Below, piece after piece: positions 52,717 through 64,000 of a stretch of DNA of 64,000 bases. Origin of the DNA: Lingula anatina (taxonomy: Eukaryota; Animalia; Brachiopoda); NCBI GenBank assembly GCA_051362555.1, contig CM120644.1, positions 9,556,954-9,620,953 on the forward strand. Direction: 5' to 3'. The notes under the pieces were generated by a model, which was given only the letters and a program-made list of their open reading frames with translations, searched no databases and was not told the DNA's origin. The position numbers and the translations under genes are program-made. Within the stretch, counting starts at the first letter, position 1; each line of letters starts with the position of its first letter.

Positions 52717-52870
52717 CTTGTTGACTTAAAGCAGAACAATTAAGCTGTGGTGTTGAGATCACAGGTTTACTCTGGCATCTACAGAAAAACTTGACCTACT
52801 GATACATAGTGTCTTCGTTATCAACGAATGTGATGACGAAAAATAAATAAAAGGAGCCTCAGCCTCTGTG
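52717..52870 (-). promoter_or_regulatory. Candidate non-coding first exon/promoter of the 20988-7024 gene
   Basis: Donor CAAG|GTAAGC at 52717/52716; patchy colinear similarity to 1777-1905 upstream of the paralog. Confidence 0.4.
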
Positions 52871-53929
52871 TTGGATTAGATAGAACATACAGTCATAAGA
52901 TTATATATGTGTGCATTTTTTCCATCTAACGAAGAAGATTAGATACAATTATAACGTCAGAAAATACAATAGAGGGAGTGTGATAATGATAGGGTCGCTA
53001 AACGAATTTGACGGAATATAGTGACTAGCCTAATCCTCTTGTCGCCTGGTTAGGCACGCCCCCTTAGAGTACTTATGTAAACAAAAGGTCTTCCCTAGAG
53101 AACTACCCTTTTGTTCAACAGCTTCGCGCGTGCAGCGGATTATGTATATAGTGACGCTGTACAGCTAACTGCAGTTAAATCTGTGAAAGCTGTTATTTAA
53201 TTTATTCTGCTGTGTCGGACGTTGTGGGCCAGCCCAATTGTTCATTCACTCATTCTTTTCTGAAGATTGGTGATGCATATTTTGAATGCTTAATTATTTG
53301 CCCTCCTTCTAACAAGAGAAAGTAAAAGGGGAGAGAAACAGAGACAGTGTCAAATAAAAAGGGTAAAGAGTAATATAACATGCTGTACAATGACTGAGTC
53401 GTGAAAGGGGTATTGGACTTCTTTGCGCTAAAAACAAATTCATTTCGAAATCAAAAGAGCATTTTTTGAAGGGCGCGTGGGGGGGGGGAGGTAAATAGTA
53501 ACTCATTCCGTAATCCTTCTTGCACATTTATTTAATCGTATCAAAATGTTTGATACACAATATTCACTAGTGTCATAGTTTTGGCGATCTTTTAAAACCA
53601 TATTTGTACAAAGTAGGTTAGCGTAAGTTACACAAATGTAGGCAACAACCAGTGTGAAGAACAACTCCCTTTTTAAGTGAGGCAAGACCCTAAATTTCTT
53701 CTGCTAGTTTGTACATTGATAGTCTTCATATAGCAAAACATGTATATATTCCTTATGTCTGTGGTATTGGCTTGTTCGAATAGAATTGCACTGTAAAATT
53801 ATCAAGTAAATGTTGATAGTCCTTAATGCTAGAAAATTATATTTTCCTTGGCACTTGTTATTATTTTCTGAATCTTTTCTTGTAGTTTTTTGTTCTTTTT
53901 TTCACTTTTGACCTAATAACCTTCAAATT

Positions 53930-55779
53930 TTTGCAATGTATTAGAGTCATTTTTTAAGAGACACCTGCCAGATTCCCCCCCCCCCATCCCTCCCCCCCCC
54001 CCCCCCCCCCCATTCAAGTCTCTGACATGCTCATCTTGCAAGATGCTAAGAGAAAGGATGAAACCTGTTCACACCTGACTGTTAATAACTGATCTGTATC
54101 TAGGTAAAGATCATGGACCTTAAAATTCCTACTTGCTAATTAGAGAAGCATTTAACAACAGTATCTATCCCTTAAGGTACATACTGTCTTTCAACAAGCT
54201 TAGCTGAACAATATTCCACTTCTAAGAGTATTTACAGCTCATCAAAGCTTAATGTGACTACAACTCAATTTTAAATTCTATATTATCTGACAGATATTTT
54301 AGGACTACCTACATGTAAGCTATTTAGCTTCACTGGATTATAATGGATTCAATTAAAAGCATTTCACTTCCTGACAAATAACCCAAATGACTGTAGAAGG
54401 GGTTCTAATAATGGAAAATTGCATTTTGTTATGCATATACCTAGAGACATCAAAATTTTATCAATTTAAGGATGCATAAATGGTAATTTTTTGCCACAAA
54501 AGCTCACCAATTGCTTGTAAAAATTTTAAATAGTACTAAGATAATTACCGCAAGACATCATTTAATACTGCCCGAAAAATGATATTTGAACAATATTTTC
54601 TGCTAGCTTGCTATGCCGTATAATCCAGGCAGATAAGTAAGATGTATACTTGTATGTTAAATTTTCAGCCAAAATTTAAAATAAGGAGCAGTTAAAAGCT
54701 CCTTTATGCTGATCAAGTGATTTTTCCTTGGCATGTCTAATAAATTATTCTAGGTGTATAACAAACTAGTAGAAGTAGTTAATAAGCATATACTGAGAAT
54801 CCATGTTTCACCACACTCAGTTCAAAATGTACCTTTAACTATGGTAATATACACAGAAACCTACAGCTAATTTTATTAGATTTTGTTAAACTAGAATAAA
54901 CTAAATAGGGAATAACAGTAGACAAGGGTAATATTTTATACACAGTTAAGTATCAAACTGTCATGTCTTAAGAAACACTAAAGGGAATCCTCCTTCCAAA
55001 GTCTTAGTTGACACTCACTCTTATAAAGGTGACAGTTTTCAATTGGCCGACAACTATCTGAAATGCTCAGCCCACAAGATGTGCTGCTAGCAAGGAAGAG
55101 CCCTATTCACACCTAACTGTTAATTACTATAGCACTGATCTGTATCAAAGATTCGGGGACTATTGTAAAGTGAATAATTATTTGTTGTTTAGGACAAGCA
55201 AGTCCCCATCTCCTAAGACTCAAACTGTCTCTTAATAAGCTTTCCTAAACAATTCCACTTTGAAGAATACAGCACAGCAGAGCCTAATCTAACTGTAACT
55301 CAAAAATTTAATGTAACCTGACATATAAGTACATTTGGGCTATTTAACTTCACTGGATTGTTATAGACTTGATTTAAAATGTCATCATTATTTGACACAA
55401 AGCTAAATAGCACGAAAATTCATGCGTTAGCACTACTATTGACGATTCTGATATGTACTGGCGTTAGCACAGCCAGAACATATCAGAATCGTCAATAGGA
55501 GTGCTAACGCATGAATTTTCGTGCTAAAAGCTAAAATGTAAGCAGAAAAGATGCTTTTAATGTAAAAATGCATTTTATATGACATTCATCTGTTTTAAGA
55601 CATTAAAATTGTTTAACTTTTATCAATGTCAATTCATAAAAAATACACAAACCAAATGCTCCTTTTAATAAGACAATGTAAAGATAATATAAATCTGATG
55701 GTAACTTAGGAATGGAAAGAAAAAAAGTAATATTTACTATAACACTCACGATTCAAACAATGTATCAAACTGTTTCGTG

Positions 55780-55813
<34 letters not shown>

Positions 55814-55915
55814 CTGAAGAGACACCTGAGGGACCTCCTACATTCAAGTCTCTGTTGACACCCACTCAAATATTGAGATGATAATTTTCAGTCATCTGAT
55901 AACTATCTTGCTAGA
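53930..55915. repeat. Diverged ~0.9-1 kb tandem duplication (two copies plus a partial third)
   Basis: agagacacctg..cattcaagtctctg, cacacct(g/a)actgttaat and gctattta(g/a)cttcactggatt recur. Confidence 0.7.
55408..55526. mobile_element. 119-bp fold-back MITE with 9-bp TSD
   Basis: tagcacgaaaattcatgcgttagcac..gtgctaacgcatgaattttcgtgcta; AAAGCTAAA on both flanks. Confidence 0.88.
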
Positions 55916-56470
55916 TAAGCTGCTACGTACCTTTCACTGCATGGTTTGCTGGGATTCATCTTCCGCGAAATAAAGACACGCGCAGCCTTGACGACTTTTC
56001 AACAATTCCACCCCAGTAAACATTAGTTGTTCTGGATGCAGGAGCAACTGTAGTGCTGTTGGCAGAATCTACCTTTTCTAATAGTTAGATCAAATTTAAG
56101 ATTCTTGGTCCACGGGGGAGCTCTCATGAACAGCGATTATCTGACAACCGGAAATGGTCATGAAAACGATTAATCGTGAGGAGGTTGATGCGCGATCTGA
56201 TGCATCACGGGAAATTTTGAAGACGAAGACGGTTTGAGGTTTACCGGCAGCTGATTTTAAGTTGGTGTAACCAGTTAGAACTTATGATGCGTTGATTGCA
56301 AAGCCAGGTGAGTGCAAAGATTAATCAGAACGTTTGATTCAAGATAGGATTTCACTACACTCAGAGAATTCTCATCATGTCTGCGAGTAGAAAGTAGAAA
56401 GTAAACCGATTCTAAATACAGTTCCAGTATGGGGGCGCTAGTATGGTACTTGTTGGGAAGGCCATCTCGT

Positions 56471-56498
56471 TCTCTCTCTCTCTCTCTTTCTCTTCTTA

Positions 56499-56534
<36 letters not shown>

Positions 56535-56555
56535 TCTCTCTCTCCTTTTTTTCCG

Positions 56556-56589
<34 letters not shown>

Positions 56590-56632
56590 TCTTTTTCCGC
56601 TCTCTCTCTCTTCTTTCTCTCTCTCTCTCTCT
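56471..56632. repeat. Imperfect (CT)n microsatellite
   Basis: Direct reading. Confidence 0.95.
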
Positions 56633-57135
56633 GTAACGGTGGAATAAGTGTGTAACTATATTCTTTTTTAATTATAGAGACGTGGATTACTATTGGTTTT
56701 GACAATGATGGAGTTGTATCAGTGGAAGACGTTCGAAGTTTGAGAGGGAGGAAGAGTAAGAAGGGGAAGTCCCTACTGTTGGAGAGACACCATCCTTGGG
56801 ATGGTTGCATGTATTTGGCAAAAGTGATTTACATTTAGTGGTACGTGTATTCTCAATTAGTAAAGTTTGCTTAGGTGAAATAAATTCAAAGGGCAGAAGG
56901 GTTCATACAGCACTTAAGGTACATATTAACAGAGCATCGCTGTAACATGGATTTCCAGTAACACATATAAACTACTTCTTCAAATTCCCTAATTACTCAA
57001 ATAAATTTAACATGACAAGGGGTAAACTGAATAAGTCACCAGATTGGTCATTAAAGAGCTTTAGACTGCTCCTTTCTTTAAATTTTTGGCCAGAAATTTA
57101 GCCTATTTTCATGACCTATTATTATTATTTTTTTA

Positions 57136-57167
<32 letters not shown>

Positions 57168-58214
57168 TTTTTTTGCCCATTGATATACAGCATAGAGTGC
57201 TAGCAGAAAAATCTGTTCAAATATTTTTTTCTTTTATTTTTTTTGGGGGAGGGGGGTTAATTAAACTATGCCTTTTGGTAATCCTCTAAGTTATACTACT
57301 TGAAACTATATGCTGGCATTTTGTTGGCCTATGTGCATGGCCAAAATTTACTTCATATGCACCTTTAAACTTAGCCCCTTGAAATTACTTTTAATCTTGA
57401 AAAAAAAACTTGCACATTCAATCATTTCTGCCACAGGAAAAATTTATAGTTTTAATAGTCTTGATGGTTTTTGAAAGTCAGTTTTGGTAATTTCCACAGA
57501 AAGGAGAAATATCAAAGTGCAAATACATGTGTTTTAAAAGAGTGCTTTGAAAGCTATTCTCCTTTTATTTTAGATTACAGAAATGCATGTCAGAAGGAAA
57601 AGAAGGCATATGTGAAAGGTGAGTAAATGTATTTTCAGTGAGTGTCAAAGACTTCTGAACAAATCTAAGAATTTAAGTGTATCACCCTCATACTGACTTA
57701 CCTCTTCTTTGTGAAACTAATATGTCTGATAATTCCATAATTATTGTTGGGTTTTTTTAAAATAGTAACACAGAATCCAAAATGTTTCAGTGTTGCCTTG
57801 CTTCTGAATAACAGGAACCCCACTTTTTTTTTTTAGTTCAAACAACGACGCAACCTATGATTAACTGTTCATATATATAAATATATATTCTTAATGTGTC
57901 ACTTTTTTGGTAGAATAACATTTTATGTTTTAACTTTTTTAGATAAAAAGGACAACCAGAGCAATGGTAGTAGTGTAAGTATATTGTTAATCGACCCGCA
58001 ATTGCTGTTGCATATCTTTTCCACTAAATGCTGAAAAAATTGTAATTTCCTCTTTCAAATAATAAGTACATTTTACACACTTAAATTCAAATTTAATAAA
58101 GCTATCCCTATGTTATTCAAGGAAAAAAATCAGAGACAGCTTGTAATGCAGCAGTTGAAGAAAGTGTTTCAGTGCCTTGTGCATCATCTGTTCCCCGTCT
58201 TACTCCCACCATCT

Positions 58215-58400
58215 CCAACTCTGTGCCCTCTATATATCTCCCCACACCCTTACCATCTCCAACCCTGTGCCCTCCATATCTCCCCACACCCATATCATAT
58301 CCAACCCTGTGCCCTCCATATCTCCCTACACCCATACCATATCCAACCCTGTGCCCTCCATATCTCCCCACACGCATACCCTGTGCCCTCCATATCCATC
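58215..58400. repeat. ~42-bp minisatellite, about 4.5 copies
   Basis: ccaaccctgtgccctccatatctcccc at 58215, 58259, 58301, 58343. Confidence 0.9.
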
Positions 58401-58640
58401 CCCCCCCCATCTGTCTCATTTAGTTTTTTAAATGCTTTCTTTGTTTATTGTTTAAATTCTCTTTCTTTCAGTGTATGGTATTAACAACTTGAAAATGGAT
58501 GGGCCAGCAATTAACCACACTATGAGTGCAAAAATTCACACTGCAAAGAGGGCCTTAAAAAAGGTAGGAAAAGTATTTTTAACTGTGATTAGATTATACC
58601 ATGCCTGCTAAATTTATTTTTGTTTTACTTAACAACATAA

Positions 58641-58643
<3 letters not shown>

Positions 58644-58700
<57 letters not shown>
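58644..58700. repeat. (TA)n microsatellite
   Basis: Direct reading. Confidence 0.95.
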
Positions 58701-58702
<2 letters not shown>

Positions 58703-59654
58703 TGTATTTATTAAGGGAATCTACTAGAAGCTTACTTGACAAACTACCTGTGAGAGTAACAAATTTTACAAGAAATGTCAAGTTTTATTTTTCTTGTCTT
58801 TCAGATGTGATATGGTGCTTGTATCCCTGTCGAAATTTGGTCTGACTTCTCTAGCGGGTGAAACAACAGTGGTGATATGTTTTCCAGAGATCAACTACAA
58901 CCTGCCTGATCTCTACGTTTATTTCTCTGGCTGACAGATTTGGAGTCTCCTAGGACAGCAGGGACTATCTAGCTATCGATTCAACTGACCAAACTCACTC
59001 TGAGCTCTTATACTAAGTTCTACTCCTTATATACTTATACACACACAATTCATTACAGTGAATCATTAACAGGATTGAGATATTGAGCACCAGTTAACAG
59101 AATTAAGACATATTACTAAGGACTCGATAATTAAACTCAGACTTCTTTAAACTTGGAGATGTAAATAAAGTTGTTGAATCCTCTTAAAAATTAAAGCATC
59201 CTTTATAGCTTGGTAACTGTTCTTTCCAATGAATAAAATGCATAAGCAGATTCATGTTGTATCATTATATCAGAGACATCTGAACAATCTTTACCAAATG
59301 TTGATTTAATTTGATTTAAATGTGCAAGTTTCTAAAATAAAATATTGAAAAATGTTTATGGTGTTTCTTACTGATATTCTGTGTGTGCTATTTTTTCATT
59401 CATTTGATAATTTTCTGAATGTGTTCTGCCAGCTGTACTATATGACTAAAATACAGTAATAAAATTTTGCTACTCCATGATTTCAAATATGGCATACATG
59501 ATTGAGATTTAATTAAAAAATAGAACTGGCATAAATAAAATCATAATCACTGGGTTAAATATTAGTTGTCAGTCTACTGCAATAGTGGTACTGGAGAAGA
59601 ATGTTTTTTCGAATTTTTTTTTTTTTTTTTTTTTTTTTGGGGGGGGGGGTTCCG

Positions 59655-59965
59655 GAAAAATTCGCGAGAAGAGTTCTGGAGAGTTTGTAGCAAATTTGCA
59701 AGAAGGATTTCTTAAGAGTTTGCAGAGCGTTTGCAAGAACAGTTCTGGAGGGTTTGCAGCAAATTTGCAAGAACAGTTCTGGAGAGTTAGCAGCAAATTC
59801 GCAAGAACAGTAGTGGAGAGTTTGCAGCAAATTCGCATGAATGGTTCTTGAGAGTTTGCAGCAAATTTGCAAGAAACCTGTGACAGATTCCCTTTTGTCA
59901 TGCTGATTAAGTTTGTGGGGAGTTAGCAGCAAATTTACATGGTAAATTTCCTCTTGCAAATTTGC
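59655..59965. repeat. tttgcagcaaatttgcaagaa repeat cluster (resembles CACTA subterminal repeats)
   Basis: About 8 imperfect copies; no matching opposite end found. Confidence 0.7.
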
Positions 59966-61279
59966 TTTTACCGAAAAATCCCCATGTACTTATGTCAAAT
60001 TTTACCCAGAGTGGGCCTTTTTTAAGCAAAAGGGGGTTTTTTTCGAACCTCCCGAACTCCCCCTGGCTGCGGGCCTGTTTATTTATTTATTTATTAAGAC
60101 TTTTTATTATTATCCTTTTACGGATTCGCTCTATTATTTTATATAAAATGTAACTTAATGTAGTAATTGAGGCAACACGCCAGCTTGTAATGTGAATAAA
60201 TTGTTTTAATAATGTTTCTTTCTTTGTTATCTCTAAACAGTAATGTATTTTTACACAGGTAGCGATGATGGAAATTTGTGTACGGAGCATCTTTAAACTT
60301 TTCGAGACGGGGTGTTGATCATGCTGATGTACGATGCTGATGCATGTCTATCAAATTCAATTTTTGACCACAGAACACTTCATGTTGAATTAAAAAACTG
60401 ATACTATATTAAACTAGCAGTTTTCTTGCAACACTTAAAACATGATCAGCTGCGTGTGCCAAGCTAGTGAACAAAAGGATAGGTGGCCACGGGAGTATAA
60501 TCCTATCGCCGCAACAAACAATGGGCACTTTCTGGCTGATGTATCCTGCTGTTAATTACACCTAGTCACAGCGGATTGTCGCGCTCGCGCTGGACCACAG
60601 CAACAGGCGTCATGGGGTTCACTCGCCTAAGGTATTGTGTGTTATTACGTCTAAACTATTGTGTTTTGGCGTTCGAATTTTGAAGGGATTAGACGGCTCT
60701 CCATTGTTTGTCCGCCCCCTTCTATTCATAGTATAGGGATTAAAACCTTTCTGACGTTTTTAAAACGTCGTACAACGGAAACTTAATTTTTATTACTACT
60801 GTAGAACTTTCTTTGAACTCGGTTGGCTTTATTTTCAGTTTATTTAAAATTGCTGATAAGCCGAAAGGTCACTAAAATAAAAATAAAACATAATATATAA
60901 CATATAAAAAAGTATAAAACAATAATTCTCATAAATTAAAGCAAACACACTTACATAATTTGTGGATTCTATATTTTATAGAAGAGAGTCATGTCCTTCT
61001 GTCCTTCTCCAGTCAAGTCAGTGTGTGTGTGTGTGTGTGTGTGATCTCAATAGGTGTGGTCTTTTGTATTTATGTATCACGAGTGAGTGACCACATTTCA
61101 CAGTTATCAATATTTTGTAGAATCCCAGAACATCGGGAGGTTCTCCTCACAGAGATACATTATATATTTTTTTATCTCTGCGACACCAATTATAAAACTT
61201 AAAGTTCTGTAACGTTAACTGAACTAGAACTAATAAAGAAATCATAATTATATAAAAAATATATCAATGGCATGCGTAG

Positions 61280-61281
<2 letters not shown>

Positions 61282-61353
<72 letters not shown>
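61282..61353. repeat. (TA)n microsatellite
   Basis: Direct reading. Confidence 0.95.
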
Positions 61354-61356
<3 letters not shown>

Positions 61357-61441
61357 GTTGCAATAGTATTTAAGAGCAATTACATATATTTTCAACAAGA
61401 ATCTTCTGACAGATCTCTCTACCTCAATATTCTAAGAATTC

Positions 61442-62400
61442 CTAATTAGCACCCACTGTATAATCTTTATAAGACACTCTCATCCTTCTTAAAAGACCAT
61501 CAGTGCCAGAAAAACTTCCGTAACCTTTGCAACACGATATTCTCCTATCAGGCACTATAATAACATATCCCACATTCAAGTCTCGACTTCGATTTAACCA
61601 CTTGGTTTGATGAACAAGAGTGTGTGCAAAGAGATTCTTCCATTGCTCCCAAAATTGTTTCACACAGCCTTCCACTAAAGTGAGACGAGATCTCAAGGAA
61701 GGATTTGCATCATATTCTCCAGGATTCCTAGAAGAACAGTAGATCTATCAAGAAGTATAGAATTGGGAGTAAGGGTATTGAGAGTAGAATCAACATTGGG
61801 CATCACTCCTATTGGTCTTTCATTAAAGGACAATAGTCTTATTAAAATCCATTTCTCGAAATCTGAAGATCCAGCATTTAATCTATACACTACAGTTATG
61901 TTTTAATCGATCTCCGCCATTATAAAAACAATTTATAAGAAGACAAAAAGCGTTTTAGTAAATCTCACCGAAATATGCATAAATGAAGCAACAGATCTGG
62001 GTCACGTGGTACTGTGACGACAATGAGGATAAAGGTCTATGAGACTCAACTAAGCCGCATGGTGCAAACAGACAGAAGTTTAGGAAAGTTGTGTTGAACG
62101 GAGTTCAGCAATTTTCGTTATGCCTTAGTGTGTTGCCGTGGTATGGGATTCACCAAAATTAAAGCACTCGTTGACAATCTTTTCTTTGTATGTGACAATA
62201 GTTGCGATGCTCGAGATCATGGTCACCTCAGGTGGTTTAGATCATTTCAAAAGCTGATAGCCTTTCAGATTAACTGCCATCAGTTGGCAAACTTACTGAT
62301 TGCTGATGCATTGTAGTTGACCAAGAGCTCGTTTACAATAGAACCTGTTAATTATGCACCGCTGCACTTCCCAACCCAGGTAATAACAGGTATCAAAATC
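61442..62400 (-). mobile_element. BEL/Pao LTR retrotransposon integrase remnant
   Basis: NERPIGV..LTPNSILLDR and FWEQWKNLFAHTLVHQTKW..DLNVGYVIIV..GTDGLLR; PFNTT remnant near 62095. Confidence 0.8.
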
Positions 62401-64000
62401 GTCTGATGAGCCGTAGGGCTCAAATTTTTAATAAATTGAAAAATCAAAATCGTCTTGGTGGGCTTTCATATTTTTCAAAATATCTCATTTATTTCATGGG
62501 GTAATTTTATTGGTATTTGTAAATGACGTTTAATATCAATATTTAAACAATTGAATTCAAACACCGTCGCGAACATTTATAAAAGTAATTGCTCTCTTGA
62601 AGCATGCGTATGCCCAGGCATTACTTCCGTGGAAGAAAACGTGTTGAGGAAAAACAGGACAAAGAGCGGTATATTAAAGAAAAAAATGGTAACTTCTGTA
62701 ATAAAATGGTTCGTAATCCTAATTCGTTTATGCTTTGAGGATTTGTTTCTGAAGGTTATTTAATCTCAAATATTAAATAATTAAAAAGATTTATCATTTT
62801 ATAACTTGAAAAGCAAGTTCTGCGTCTGTACGCAAAACTTTTTGCAAATTTGTAAGCTTTATCAAACCCAAAAACATTTAGCAGATCAAGGTAAAAGAGC
62901 ATTGTTTGCTATTAGTAGCATGGAAAATCATTACTTGAATGTTTACTAAATGTGCAGTTTTACGTACGTTAGTATATGAATTAAAAAATTCCAAAATGTA
63001 GACTAACGCAAAATATCAAGGACAGCACATGTACCACATGTACCACATAAAGTAGCTTAATTTCCATTTATAATAAAATCATCATTTAAGTTTTAAATAT
63101 TCTGGCGATTTAATAAATATTCTAATTTACCCAGAACGGTATATTTATTTTAAAGGAGGCTATCTGAAATATAGTTTTATTAACTGTTTGTGAAAATTGC
63201 CCATGTCACCCTGTTATTTTGGAGGTCTAAGCTGGATCAAGCCCGTGTTAATATTCCTATGAAGCAGTGCAGGAAAAAGTCTTCCTTTGTTTCTCTAGCT
63301 CCTCAATAAACCTGGTGTTCAGATTTTATCTAGTACCCCCAGGTCTGCGGGAGCCGCTCTTTGAACTAACGCACAGGTAGATTTTTACCTGAGATAAATA
63401 CTGCCAGCGAGAGTGCAAGACAAAGGCTACAGGAGAATTGAATGCCATTTAACCCTCTAATTAAGAAGTAAAGGATGTTCCAGTTAGATGGATGATCAAG
63501 CTGGACTTGACAACAGGCATTGTTTACCTCAGTTTAATAAAAGTATGCAAGACAGGGTGTCAGCGTAATAAAATTAATTGAATTTCACAAAGAACATGGA
63601 GCTCATATTGAATAATCAACAGTACCCTTAAGTCATTCAAATCACAGCTTCACGAGAATTTAGACCCCTCGGGTAAGAGATTTGAATAAGTATAGCCTTT
63701 TAACAGAAGCCAGAAAAGTCATCTTACAGGTAGACAATGCAGCTGAGTTTGACAGCTCCGCCGGTGGCTCGATTGTCGTCATCGGACCACGTGACCACGT
63801 AGCTCGCAGGCCAAGCAGAAAGGACGTTTATTAGAGTCCAAAATTTACAAAATGAGCTTTTACTTTGTGTATTTAGATAAAGATATCGTTAGTTGGGCAT
63901 GTTTTCTGAAGAATATGTACCATTCAGGCCATTCTGACGTCATGACCATTGTTCTTTAAGCAAATCTGCAACTTGAGTAAAGACAGTGAGAATTTCAGGC

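Noticed and set aside
56429-56810. LS-rich and ER-rich ORFs
   Set aside because: Translations of the (CT)n microsatellite
58215-59965. Short periodic repeats as a CRISPR array or repeat proteins
   Set aside because: No unique spacers, no cas genes, eukaryotic context; the ORFs are repeat translations

Overview
AT-rich eukaryotic (probably invertebrate, lophotrochozoan-like; inference from the repeat types) genomic DNA, so most of the six-frame ORF track is noise. The main host feature is a 10-coding-exon gene on the minus strand (20988->7024), reconstructed by hand from GT-AG junctions with consistent phases (3003 nt, ~1000 aa). It encodes signal peptide + Ser/Thr/Asn-rich stalk + transmembrane helix + Cys-rich segment + about five tandem ubiquitin-like domains + IRE1/RNase L-type kinase + KEN ribonuclease with an RNase L-like catalytic motif. 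The join between the first exon and the Ubl exon is the least certain junction. The first coding exon of a tandem paralog lies at the left edge (718->326) and splices off-window. The rest is mostly transposons: Tx1/L1-like LINEs, a chromodomain Gypsy LTR element (31103-47399) carrying nested Ginger-like, L2-like and Tc1 insertions, a CACTA-like element with a 166-bp array, Harbinger-like and other MITEs, a BEL/Pao remnant and simple repeats.
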